Assembly: GCA_904063045.1 (NCBI GenBank)
Contig: CAJFCJ010000017.1
Span: forward strand, 682,001 to 746,000
Length of the DNA stretch: 64,000 nucleotides
Reading direction: 5' to 3'
DNA from: Dimorphilus gyrociliatus
Lineage: Eukaryota > Animalia > Annelida
Position numbers and translations under genes: made by a program. Under the pieces are notes generated by a model. The model searched no databases. It saw only the letters and a program-made list of their open reading frames with translations, and was not told the origin of the DNA. Below, piece after piece: positions 1-14,528 of this stretch. The stretch's first letter is position 1. The number at the start of each line of letters is the position of its first letter.

Positions 1-707
1 AAAGTTTCCTTTAGAATGTCTTCGTTTTCAGGTGATTGTATGTAAATATATTTCTCGAGACAACTTGAATAGGAGTATGTGGAGGACAATAGCAAATAAA
101 AAAAATTAATTCTGTATATATATATATACAATTTTCTGAATTCTGATCAGATATATTTAAAGTAAATATTTATTGTTGCATTCTACGATCTTGTTCAAAT
201 TGTTTATCTTCTAGCTTTCGAATTCTGAAACCTGATATAAATAAGAATATTTCGTCCGCTATTCCTTACTCCTATTTTATCGCTCCTCATGAATTGAAAT
301 ATAAACTTTACATTCGATATCTCTACTCTAGGTATTTTACTCAAATTTTATTATAATTCGTTGTTATCCCTATCGATTTGATAATAATTTAAATAAACTA
401 CCGATCGGCAAACTTTTTTGGGTCCAAAGTTAAAGGAACAAGATACCAGCAGATGCAATATGATGCATGAGGGTGTTTTAAATATGTTTAATGAACTAGC
501 GCATATGTGATACAGGCTTGCTGGTACAGGAAGTATATTTATTTAACCCAGAAAGCACAACTTCAGTTCACATTCTGCTTGGGACAGTTGTGAATGGAAA
601 ATTTCTTTAAGAATCTCTAGTTACTGCAAAGAAATATTCGGAAATTTATACCATTTTCCTCAGCCAAAACTGGATAATCACAAAAATTATCGAACTTTGC
701 AGATAGA

Positions 708-2207
708 ATGGGTGTTGCTGCCAGTAAAAGTGAAAAATTATGGGAAGCTTGTGGATATGGAAGAGTGGAACAAGTCAGAGAATTACTGCAATTTTCCGCA
801 ATCCAAGTAAATTGGGTTTCTTATACTGTAAGTGTATTTTTTTTTATGATCACCTAAAGAGCAAAACACTATTATTCCTTCAATTATCAGCACAATTCAT
901 GCCCAATACATGCGTGCTGTGCTGCTGCACCAAGTCAGAAGGAAAAAGAGATATTAGAGATGCTTATTGATAAAAGATGTAATGTTAATGCCAAAGACGA
1001 GGTATTATAGCCAACGACTTTTGTTCCGTATCTTTTAAACTCTTTGAATTTCTCATAAGAGAGGTTGTTTAGCACTTCATCATGCTTCTATGAAGGGTCA
1101 TTCTGATTTCATAGCCATTCTTGTTAAAGCCGGTTCGGAAACCGATGTTCAAGATAAGGTTTGTATGCAACATAGATTTATTGTATATAATAGTGATAGG
1201 CTTGTTCTGCTTACAGAATGGATGGACAGCATTAATGACTGCAGCCTATTGGTGCCATCCTCAAACTGTAAAAACTCTACTAGAGTTTGGAAGTGATGTT
1301 CAGTTAAAGAACAGAGAAGGTCGAACAGCTCTACACGAAGCATGTAGAAGTCGTTCTAAAAATGAACATCAAGTCGAAGAAGTGGTTCGGTATATAGTCA
1401 ATTTCGGTGCTCAAGTCGATGATAAAAGTAGTACTGAAGGAGAGGTTTGTTAAAAATAATTGTTCATTAAAAGTGATAAATAAGCCTATCAATATCCCAC
1501 ATACAATTAGGCTGACTTCACACCCTTAATGTGTGCCGCTTATCACGCTCATAACGGTGCTGTTAGGGCTTTAATTGAGGCTAGTTGTGATGTTAACGAG
1601 CAAGGAACAGTAAGATTTTATTTGTATAAAATAATTATCTAGCCACTGGAAAACGAATTTGCTTTTACTTAGAATGGATGGACTGCGCTCCACTGGGCCG
1701 CTGACAAGGGTCACAAGGATATTATTCTACAACTTCTTCAAGCTGGGATAAATACCCAACTAACCGGCAAGGTATACTTCATGATTAATGAAGCCTTGTA
1801 TATTTTTTTTCTCTTGCTTCTGAAAAAGACAATTTACGAGTCTTCTATTTGCAGTTAAACGAAAGGGCAGAAGACCGAACAGAAGACGAAGATATAAAGA
1901 GTCTAATAAGGAATTTTAAATATACACCTACTGTCCCTAAAATATGCGTTACTGGTCAAACAAATGATGCAAGAGGGAGGACAAGAGTAGAAGATTTAAA
2001 AGAATGTTCTAGAAGAAACGATGCATCACCAGCAAGATCAGCTGTAAGCACAATGTCACCTCCATCGAGCAGGTACACAATTTCGACAGAATATTAATTT
2101 ATAATTAAATTGAAATGATTAATCATTTTATATTTTGCAGAAGTGGTAGTATAAGCGACTTTAGCGACGAAGAAGATGTATCTAAATCTAAAAATACTAC
2201 CGTTTAG
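708..2207 (+). CDS. Ankyrin-repeat protein (about 6 repeats, multi-exon), probable N-myristoylation motif
   Basis: ATG at 708 (MGVAASKSEKLWEACGYG). Spliced exons encode ANK motifs GCLALHHASMKGH, GWTALMTAAYWCH, GRTALHEACR, FTPLMCAAYHAH and GWTALHWAADKGH. Ser/Asp-rich tail ends at TAG 2205-2207. Confidence 0.85.
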
Positions 2208-2614
2208 TTCTAATTAATACCGCTATTCTTCCTACTAACAATTGAACTTATTAATCTACCGTCTTATTACCATGCAGTATGAATGTTATAACCATATGCA
2301 AAATGTAATAATTTAAACTGTATAGTATGACAGACTTGACCGGCTTGTTTGTAATTATTTTGATTATGAAAAAAAAAACGCAAAATGAAAAAAAACCCAA
2401 AAAAAAGGCAAGATAATGAAGAAACTAAATAATTTAACAAATAAATAATTTTTCAGTATCAGTGCCATTTACGTGTATTAGAAGGCTTTAAGGGAGGAGA
2501 AAAACTGATACGGTGTTAGATGCGTACCATTAATATGGAATATATTAATTAAAGACAATGAAATAGTATCCCAAAGAGACGTCTTCAATCCATAATATTT
2601 GTTTTTTTTTTGTT

Positions 2615-4402
2615 TTAAAATTGCGAAAATCCACTTCTACAACAAAATTTATCGCCATAATCCAAATTTGCACATCCATTTGCCATATTTCCAAACGAGC
2701 CGCAACAAATATTATCACAAAATGAAAACTTCTCAGGAGTTAACTTTGGGCATTTTTTAATAAATTCTTGTAGGGCAGAGCCGCTAAGCCTAAATAAACC
2801 ACTAAAATCAATATTTTCTAAACTCTGCAGACCGTTTCCTGCTCCCAGACAACGCAATGACAAATCAGTTAGCTGAAAACAGCCTGACAGACTAATGTAC
2901 TCCAGTACTGATGCTCTGTCCGAATGTGGGCAAGGGCAGGTGCTGTTTACGTCATGGGCGAGATTTTCCAAAGAAAATGTTCGCTTTTCTTTATCTACGT
3001 CATGGCTTTCAGTTTCACCTCCAAATTGACGACGTCTGCTATTGGAAAAAGACATTTCATCACCAGACAATCGTCTGATTCGTCTCTCTGCAGTGTTTTC
3101 AGATACATGACACAGACATTTCGGTAGTTTATCATCCATGTCGAAAAATCTTACAAAGGAACAGACCTTACCCGTCACAGGGGCAGGAGCTGGTAAGCCA
3201 TAATGTATAGCTGATGATACCCTTAGAATAGCGGTATCTGTCAACTTAGAGCAAGAGGTTAGATTGAGATATTTTAAATTTTGCCCACTCCGTTTCAAGC
3301 CAATCCTTTTGAAAGCAGCATCACTTATTTCCGTATAGGATAAATTCAAATGTTGAATATTTGGGGCATAATAAAAAAATTTGGATAACATGGTATTTCT
3401 TATAGACTTCGAACGACTCAAATCTAAAGAAATGAGATGCTTTCCAACTTTAGGAAGGGCATATTTAACGAAACCAGAAAGGATTTTACTTTCTCTTTCA
3501 AGTTCAGATTCATTCATTTCCATATTGTCCTCATCTTCTCCTGGTAAAATTCCGGGTGACCAATCACCTTTAGCCCACTTTATGGGATTTATATGCTTCC
3601 AAAATGTACCGTCAAAAGTTAAGGAATGAAGCTTTTTACAAGTTTTACCAACTTTTATTAAATCAGGTTTGTCCAGATAGAGAAAGATACTGATTAGAAT
3701 TTCATCAGGAAGTTGAAGAATTGGACTGCATGCAGCCTCAGAATTTGATTCACTCTCTTCATCTAATTGAGAGTGTATCCTTTCCGAAATGAAGTGTTCT
3801 TGAAGAACTCTTCTTTTTAGAGCTCTCAGTTCGTCATACGAAAAATATTGCTGTAGCAATGGTTGAAATACTTCCTCTTCTTCTTTCATATGTGGGAGAA
3901 AGTCGTCGGTGAATTCATTTAATGCTTCCCGAAGCTCTTTGACATAGGTTCTCCTCTCGGAAAAACTTCTCAATTTTCTATGACCCATTCTTAAAAGGTC
4001 AAGAATGTAGAGTAATTTGCTATCTTTATGACAGTTACAAACAGCATCATTTTCTATTGATAATTGGCGAAGCTTAAGCTTCAGGCGTTTTATAATGAAT
4101 TTGTTTTCAATTTGTTCATGTGCTTTAAACTCTGTAAATGTTGACTGAAGAAGTGCTAAAGCCTTTTTTAAATGACCGGAATTGTGAAAGTTTGTTTCTC
4201 TCATCTGTAAACAAGGATGAATTATGTGTTTGAGGACATTAGAAAAACTCGTAAATTAAAGAGTAATATGTCGCAAATTTCAAAAATAATGATAAAAATA
4301 AGTATTTACCATCATATTATACTCATCAACAAGTTCTTTCATTCTGTTGTGAGGTATAGAAAAGACATTTATATCAACGGGCATATCTACGCTGGGCGCC
4401 AT
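2615..4402 (-). CDS. FBXL5: F-box/LRR protein 5 (hemerythrin + F-box + LRR iron sensor)
   Basis: Exon 1 4402-4310 (MAPSVDMPVDINVFSIPHNRMKELV) splices in phase 0 to exon 2 4204-2615. Hemerythrin motifs KAHEQIEN and PHMKEEEEVF, F-box LPDEILISIFLYLD, LRRs and C-terminal CDNI..GCANL..CCRSG are present. Confidence 0.95.
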
Positions 4403-4563
4403 TTTGCATTGAAATACACTACTGCCATCTACTGAATGAATGAGCCCAATCACGTCTAACATTTAAACGTTCAAAAACTACTTCAAAAGTAGAAAACTTC
4501 CAAAAATAGTAAGTCACCCAGCCAATCTACATGATTATCGTTTCATATGACAGTTATAAAAGT

Positions 4564-4570
4564 AAAAAAA
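4564..4570 (-). terminator. Pol III oligo(dT) terminator of tRNA-Asp copy 1 (similar T-runs follow the other copies)
   Basis: A 7-nt A-run on the plus strand (T7 on minus) lies 4 nt downstream of the tRNA 3' end. Confidence 0.75.
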
Positions 4571-4573
4571 GAA

Positions 4574-4645
4574 CTCCGTGTCGGGGAATCGAACCCCGGT
4601 CTCCTGAGTGACAGTCAGGGATACTCACCACTATACTAACACGGA
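4574..4645 (-). tRNA. tRNA-Asp(GTC) copy 1
   Basis: Minus strand TCCGTGTTAGTATAGTGGTGAGTATCCCTGACTGTCACTCAGGAGACCGGGGTTCGATTCCCCGACACGGAG. It has a 7-bp acceptor stem, anticodon arm CCTGA-CT-GTC-AC-TCAGG, A box TAGTATAGTGG and B box GGTTCGATTCC. Confidence 0.97.
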
Positions 4646-4735
4646 CACATTGGTCCAAAGTTATTAATGTTTAGTGGTTCCTTCGTTTGACCTTACAAAC
4701 AAATATAATTTAATCTAAAAAGAAAAAAGTTACAA

Positions 4736-4807
4736 CTCCGTGTCGGGGAATCGAACCCCGGTCTCCTGAGTGACAGTCAGGGATACTCACCACTATACTA
4801 ACACGGA
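4736..4807 (-). tRNA. tRNA-Asp(GTC) copy 2
   Basis: 72 nt identical to copy 1. Confidence 0.97.
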
Positions 4808-4895
4808 CATATTGGTCCAAAGATACCAATGTTTCGTGGTTCCTTCGTTCGACCTCTACGAACAAATATAATTTGATCTAAAAAGAAAAAAAGAA

Positions 4896-4967
4896 CTCCG
4901 TGTCGGGGAATCGAACCCCGGTCTCCTGAGTGACAGTCAGGGATACTCACCACTATACTAACACGGA
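4896..4967 (-). tRNA. tRNA-Asp(GTC) copy 3
   Basis: 72 nt identical to copy 1. Confidence 0.97.
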
Positions 4968-5056
4968 TACATTGGTCCTAAGAAACCAGTATTTTATTGG
5001 TTATCTGGTTTACCCCCTCCAGAAAAAATAATCCATTTCAGAAAGAAAAAAAAGAA

Positions 5057-5128
5057 CTCCGTGTCGGGGAATCGAACCCCGGTCTCCTGAGTGACAGTCA
5101 GGGATACTCACCACTATACTAACACGGA
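5057..5128 (-). tRNA. tRNA-Asp(GTC) copy 4
   Basis: 72 nt identical to copy 1. Confidence 0.97.
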
Positions 5129-5283
5129 CACACTATCCTGTAAAGTAAGTCCATGGCAAATTCTGACAACCAAGCATTGACTCAAAAGAAATCAATATCT
5201 TTTATTATAATTATCTTATTTTGGTAAATGTAACTAATTTCAGTTATACAAGTAACTTAAAGACAGCGAAAAAAAAAAAAGAA

Positions 5284-5355
5284 CTCCGTGTCGGGGAATC
5301 GAACCCCGGTCTCCTGAGTGACAGTCAGGGATACTCACCACTATACTAACACGGA
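5284..5355 (-). tRNA. tRNA-Asp(GTC) copy 5
   Basis: 72 nt identical to copy 1. Confidence 0.97.
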
Positions 5356-5554
5356 CACGATATATCTAGGTCTTAGTTCTGTATATGACTTAACCGTATT
5401 TATTTTCAGTTATATTTTGTAACAACATGGAAGTTTCTCTCTATAAGTATTAATTTGTAGAAAAATTGAATCGTATTATGAATGTATATTGTTCAGCTTT
5501 TAGTACTTTACGTTAATTCATTAGGGTTAAAACTCGAAAAGTTTATAGCTTTAT

Positions 5555-6534
5555 TCATATTAACGACACTGCTCCTGTCTCCGCCAGAGGTCTAATGATT
5601 TTGTATCTCATTATATGTTGTTCTCCTTTTTTCAAGTCGATTACTTCTTCTCTAAACAAATTTGAATAATTCTTATTAGATTTAACGTCTGCCTATGGTC
5701 CGTAAGTGTTTAGCAAACCTGTTGTCAACGGTTTCTTCTTCCACGAGGACACCTTCTACATCTTGGTTTACTCTGAAAAATACATATTCGTCCAAATTTG
5801 GCTTGGAACCTGTCAAAAAAGGAAATAATAAAAACTGATAGGACATATAAAAAAATTGTTTTGATAATATATTACAGATCTTGTCTTTTTCTAAACTTTG
5901 CATGTTAGGAGGCATATGTTGGAGGACAAGATTCTGGAAAAGTTCTAATAAATTCTTTTCTCTTCTGTTAGAATGGCACATATTTGAAATATTTACTGTA
6001 TAGTCATATTAAATTTTATATTTTCAACAAACTCTCTAGCAAATTGTAGTTCAGAGTCTGTTAATTTTGCATCATCTGGATCTCTCTTCCCATCTTCCAT
6101 CATGATAGCAGTCGCATATTTTTCTATCTGAGCGTAGTCGAATTGATATTTAACGACAATTTTTTTCATTAATCGTTTTTACCTTTTTAATTCTGATACG
6201 TAAGTAGCTGGTAAGAAGGTATCGTATTCTTTCCAATTCCATTTTATGAATATAAATTTTTAAATCATTTGTTTTTACCCGTTGAATATTATTCTCCATC
6301 TCATTAATTTGCTCCATCATACAGTCAATAATATCGCTCTTGTTCATCAATAATTCTGGACTTAGTGCTTCATTCATCCATGCCTAACACAACATCAAAA
6401 TATAGAATTGGTTCGTGTGCGAAGTTAAAGAACCTATTTAAATTTACCTCTTCCAATTTTTGAAGGACTTCCCCTGCTGTCATAGCTTCTTCATCATCAC
6501 TCCCAGAAAAAATATTATCTTCCTCGTCTTCCAT
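5555..6534 (-). CDS. GINS4: GINS complex subunit 4 (SLD5)
   Basis: MEDEEDNIFSGSDDEEAMTAGEVLQKLEE, WMNEALSPELL, IHKMELERIRYLLTSYLRIR, KPNLDEYVFFRV and IDLKKGEQHIMRYKIIRPLAETGAVSLI* match SLD5 motifs. Confidence 0.93.
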
Positions 6535-7047
6535 ATTTACTTGAGAGTATTTAGTTATCACTTTAAAGCTAACAAGTTAATTCCAAACAATTCCCGCACT
6601 TTTTATTTTTTGCCGCTGGTCCAAAAAGCTTCCAGAGCTTTACAATGTCCATAAATGGTATGGTATTCCTCTTTTATTTTTTCACTAAAAATATTCTCAA
6701 TTTAGTGGAAATAGGAAGCCACTTATGATACTACTAAACTATGTTCAAAAATTTGCAGTCTACTGTGTTAGTTAAGTTTAAAAGATCAATTACACCAAAT
6801 AATAAATATCCTAATAAATATAATAAAAAATGTTTCATTTTTGAGAACTTTCAGTCCCATTTACTAACTCTGATTATTGAGGACTCGTTAGAGTCAAGTT
6901 ACAGCTATTTAAACTTGCTTCATGCCAATCTGTTTATAGTTCTACCGTCGTTCACTCCTTTCATAACACGCTGGTGATCAAGGTTTAGCAACTAGTACTA
7001 TATTTATTTCTCCAGTTGACCGGTTCTTTTCTGTCTTGCTTCTCAAT

Positions 7048-9789
<2,742 letters not shown>

Positions 9790-10799
9790 ACAAAATACGA
9801 TTGATTAATATTTTAACTTCTGAATAACGAAAAAAATATAAAATAGTATCCTAAATACATTCCAAAAATGTTCAAAATCGATTTTTTTTTGCCATTTATC
9901 AAAACTCTTGCAATTTAGGATTTAGAAGGGATGGTAAAATCCTTTAATGAAAAATATAATCTACTTCCGGTTATATACACTCTTTTTTATGTTAGCACGA
10001 CATCTAGTACATAATAATTTAATCTTCTCAATTCAGAAGTGCTTTAATTCACTTTTGTCTGCGTTGCACAAGCATCAACAGCTAGAATCGAAAGATTTTT
10101 ATTGCATACTCTTTTTTGCGCCATTACAAAGTTGATGACTTCTTTTCTTTTTCAATTTAAATTAGACTTTTAAGTTTGTTATTGGAAGAAGAGAAATGGT
10201 GTAATGCTGATTACATCATAATTTTGAATTTAATTTTTTAAACTGATAAATGGAATTTCGCCTTGAGGAATTTATTGGTACAGTTTGCTGTATAAATGCG
10301 TTCAAACTGGCCTTTTAAATTTCTCGAGAAGGCAGATTCACATCATCGTTAAAAGTACTGATACCTTTAAAATTGGTAATTTGTATATTTTCAATTTAGA
10401 TGTTGTTGCCTAAAAGATTTACAAATTAATATTGAATTTATGGGATTTCTATTGGCAAGGTTTGAGAACATCACCAATGCCCTTAGAAATTCTACGCTTT
10501 CAATATTCTTTTTTTTCGTGGCTCTTTCATATATTACATCTCGTTAATAATCATTGTATATTGTTTTTATATAACAGCAAAATTATTTTGATCTTTCAGC
10601 TTACTTGAAAATTAATTGTAGCACAGCTAAAAGAACAATAATTTTATTAAAAGTAGCTTTTAATTCGGGGTTTTTACAATTAAAATTTTTTTCTATTATT
10701 AATAGAATTACGTTTTAAAAAGCTTTAAAAATACTAGATAATATATTATTTTGAATTTTTTTAAATGAAAATTTGTTCCAAGTCTGCAATGTCCAATAG

Positions 10800-10811
10800 T
10801 ACGCATGCGCA
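10800..10811. promoter_or_regulatory. NRF-1-like motif (TACGCATGCGCA) with adjacent CCAAT upstream of mS38
   Basis: 11/12 match to TGCGCATGCGCA, about 130 bp upstream of the ATG. CCAAT at 10793-10797. Confidence 0.45.
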
Positions 10812-10939
10812 ATTATCTTTACGGAAATATTAAACAGGAAATATATTGAATTATCGGCGACCGTCCATGTCGATATAGGCTAGATCTTGATACTCCGTTC
10901 TGTGTTTAAAGAGTGATCGTTTGATTTGCCGGGCACATC

Positions 10940-11571
10940 ATGCTTAAAGCTATGGCTACTCTGGGCTCTAGGGTTCTTTTTAGAAATCAAACTTGTTGGA
11001 AACCCGTAAAAAGTACGTATTTACAGATGTTAAAACATAATTATAAAAATTATTTTGACTTTGCAGATTTATCAAGGTTTCAAGTACCAAAACAGAAACA
11101 TCATTTTCAAAAATCTACTACTCTAACGAGTCTTTTACAAAATATGTCGATTTCAGAAAGCTTCTCCCAAACATCAAATTTTCATACATCTGTACAAGTT
11201 GAAATGCCTCGATTAGTGACAATCAGACATAAGAAAATGAAAAAGCATAAATTAAAAAAATTTAGAAAAAGAATGCATTACGTCTTGAAAAAAGTTAGTA
11301 TAAAGAAATTTATCACTTTGTTCATTTTTTAAAAGATGTTTTTTTTAATGATGTAGAATTCATTTTATTTTCGTATTTTTTCATTTAGCAAAAAGAACAA
11401 AGGCTGAAAAAGAGACTGAAAGCTATAAAAGCAGAAGAAGTAGTTTTATTAAATGAAGCCAGGAAATGGAACCCAGAGAAGGTGCTTGAAGAAGAAATCG
11501 AAGCTGCTAAACGAGGAGGCTGGAAAGTTGATGTTTTGGAAAATTACAAAAGACGACAAAGCTTAAATTAG
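10940..11571 (+). CDS. AURKAIP1: Mitochondrial small ribosomal subunit protein mS38 (AURKAIP1/COX24-like)
   Basis: Transit-peptide-like N-terminus and basic motif LVTIRHKKMKKHKLKKFRKRM. Intron 11294-11388 is followed by exon 2 QKEQRLKKRLK...RRQSLN*. Confidence 0.8.
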
Positions 11572-11820
11572 AATATCATATAATTTATGTATTGTTTAGG
11601 GAATTTTAACCTAAAATGTACTAATAAACGTTTGTTGAAATTTTCAAATTCTCTTAATCTTCTCTGTGCTAGAGAGCTTAAATGTAATTCTTGGATTATG
11701 TAGATCACAATTTTGTAGGATGTATTAGCAACTAATCTAGAAATGTGCAACAAAAAAGTCCTTTTCCTTCTAATGTGAAACAAAAAAGCAAATGTTTGCA
11801 AATTCTACAAAAAAAAGTAA

Positions 11821-11892
11821 CTCCGTGTCGGGGAATCGAACCCCGGTCTCCTGAGTGACAGTCAGGGATACTCACCACTATACTAACACGGA
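11821..11892 (-). tRNA. tRNA-Asp(GTC) copy 6
   Basis: 72 nt identical to copy 1. Confidence 0.97.
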
Positions 11893-11982
11893 TGCGTTAT
11901 ACTTCATAAATTTTTGCAGAACTCAATTGCTGCTATGAACTAATCTCTGTAAAAAAAACAAAAATACAGAAGAAAAAAAGAA

Positions 11983-12054
11983 CTCCGTGTCGGGGAATCG
12001 AACCCCGGTCTCCTGAGTGACAGTCAGGGATACTCACCACTATACTAACACGGA
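11983..12054 (-). tRNA. tRNA-Asp(GTC) copy 7
   Basis: 72 nt identical to copy 1. Confidence 0.97.
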
Positions 12055-12145
12055 CACATTGGTTCAAGGTAATTAATGCTTATTGGTTCCTTCGTTTGAC
12101 CTCTACAAACAAATATAATTTAATCTAAAAAGAAAAAAGTTACAA

Positions 12146-12217
12146 CTCCGTGTCGGGGAATCGAACCCCGGTCTCCTGAGTGACAGTCAGGGATACTCAC
12201 CACTATACTAACACGGA
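12146..12217 (-). tRNA. tRNA-Asp(GTC) copy 8
   Basis: 72 nt identical to copy 1. Confidence 0.97.
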
Positions 12218-12305
12218 CACATTGGTCCAAAGTTATTAATGTTTAGTGGTTCCTTCGTTTGACCTCTACAAACAAATATAATTTAATCTAAAAAGAAAAA
12301 AAGAA

Positions 12306-12377
12306 CTCCGTGTCGGGGAATCGAACCCCGGTCTCCTGAGTGACAGTCAGGGATACTCACCACTATACTAACACGGA
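12306..12377 (-). tRNA. tRNA-Asp(GTC) copy 9
   Basis: 72 nt identical to copy 1. Confidence 0.97.
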
Positions 12378-12713
12378 TATGCCATTCTTTGTGGTGACAA
12401 CATATCCAAAATTACAAATTGGTTATGTTGATGAAAAGAGAAGTGGACGATTGAAACAGGTTCGGCGTGGATTATTCTGCCTCCAAATTTAGAGATTATT
12501 ATAAGCGAAATAATATTTATATTTATTGATAATCTGTAATAATTATAGATGTTATTCTTTGTGATGTTTATTTGATTGCAATGTTTAGCAGACGTTATAG
12601 CATTCAAATAATTTTAAATTAGCTAATAGCCTTGTATTGTAGGGACATCACATATATGTGCTACTTTCATTTCACGCTTTAACAATCAGTTATTCATCTT
12701 TTTTTTTGGCTTC

Positions 12714-14528
12714 CTACAATCTTAACCAGTACATGCTGCTTCGAAGTCTACCATAATCCGGTAATTGTTCGACTGGACCTACAGCGGCTACTGCTGGGCA
12801 TTTGTCATATATGTATTTTGTACAGACGTCTCGTACAGTTTGTGCATTGATAGCTGCAATACGGGCGTCTAATTCGGATGGTGGGATGCGTCTTCCGTAA
12901 CACAAGATTTGACGGCCTATATCCTCACAAACTGGTGTCGAACCATCGAGCATTAGCATTAAATGTGTTCTAAGCAAGTTCTTTGCCCGTTCTACTTCGA
13001 ATTCGGTTACAGATGTGCACAAACGCATCCTATTTTGAATTATAGAAATAATCATTAAAATTTTCAGTGGTAATGGATTTAAATAAAACTAACCATTCCT
13101 TCTGCAAGTTGAAAACAAAATCTTCGATACTCAATTTATCGCAAACAAAATACATTCCCCACAATCCAGTATCTGTATAGCTTGTATTGAAACTTTGGAA
13201 ACTGTGTGCTAAGCCGGATTGTACACATTTCTGAGCTAGAATAGAACTAAGATTTTGACCACCGCCATGAGACCTATCCCACGATCCTAGAAGGGTATTG
13301 GCAATCATAAGCGCAATATTGTCACTGTTTGCCCATCCACAACTTTCAACAGCTATGGCGATGTGAGCTAAAGGCATATCATCATCTCTAACTCTCATTT
13401 CACTGCCGGTGAATCGGCAAGGCTCGACAACTGGAACGGCGCCTTGTATATCATTACTAATATTGCCAAAGTGCTTTTGTGCTAAGCTTTTCAAATCGGC
13501 ATGATTAACACCTCCTGCACCAGCCAAAACCATTCTTGGTGGTTTGTAGTGGGTGGTGATATAGTCTATCAAGTCTTGTCGCTTGATACTGTTAATATTT
13601 TCAGTAGGTCCTAAAATGGTTCTACCCAAAGGTGTTCCCTGGTAGGCGGTTGCATGTAAGAAGTCAAAAACGACTTCTTGTAAGTTCATTTCGACTTCTT
13701 GCATTTCGCGCAAAATGACTCCGCGTTCATTATCGATTTCGGTTTCCCCAAGTTTACTATTCTTAATGATATCAGCCAAAACTTCCACGACTGTTGAAAA
13801 ATTTTATAAATAATCAAATGAAAAAGTTAAAAAATACTTACTATTTTCAAGATCGTTGGTAAAACCCTTAGCATAATAAGCAGTTTGTTCTCTGGATGTA
13901 TACGCATTAAGATGAGCTCCTTTATTTTCAATATAAAGTTCTAAATCCTTTTGGGATCGTTTATCCGTACCCTAAAAATATTTTGGTGAGTGACATATGA
14001 AGGACAAGAGTTAATATACATACCTTGAAAATCATATGCTCTAAAAAGTGGGCAACCCCATTGGTTTTCTCAGTTTCATATCTGCTACCAGCATCAATCC
14101 ATAAACCAACCTAAGAGTATAAATGAAATTACAAAGTGTTGATTGTAATAGAAGAAAAGTTACTGTGCAAGTTGGAGATCCGGTATCCTCTGATGCAACC
14201 CTGAGTCCGTTGTTGATCGTAGACACTTGTGTTTCAGGTATGTTTAACATAGCCTGCTCGTAAGTTACTGCACTTTGCCATCTTTTTGGGAGGTAACTTC
14301 CAGACAGGGGCTAAAATAAAATATATAGATGTTACATGCGGCATTTGACATTGTAGCAATTAAGGTCAATAATACGAAAAGGCATAAATAATCTGGAAAG
14401 TAGACCAAACCCTCAGTATGATAATATAGATGTTATTCCCACAAGTCAAATAATGTTAAAAATACCTTGCTGGGTTTTGATAAATTCTGTCCTAACTTTA
14501 GCGAAGATCGTAGTATCTTGGACGCCAT
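12714..14528 (-). CDS. PMPCB: Mitochondrial processing peptidase beta subunit (M16)
   Basis: Presequence [21 protein letters not shown], intact Zn motif [39 protein letters not shown] and [15 protein letters not shown]. Ends SMYWLRL*. Confidence 0.93.

Larger units (their letters stand above)
4574..5355 (-). repeat. Tandem tRNA-Asp array 1 (5 copies; periods 162, 160, 161, 227 bp)
   Basis: Direct repeats with related 88-90 nt spacers between copies 1-4 and a unique 155 nt spacer before copy 5. Confidence 0.95.
11821..12377 (-). repeat. Tandem tRNA-Asp array 2 (4 copies; periods 162, 163, 160 bp)
   Basis: Direct repeats. Two of the three spacers are near-identical to array 1 spacers. Confidence 0.95.

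Noticed and set aside
4574-5355. Repeat-spacer arrays (also 11821-12377) resembling CRISPR
   Set aside because: The repeats are 72-nt tRNA-Asp cloverleaves with A/B boxes, the spacers are homologous to each other, there are no cas genes, and the DNA is eukaryotic.
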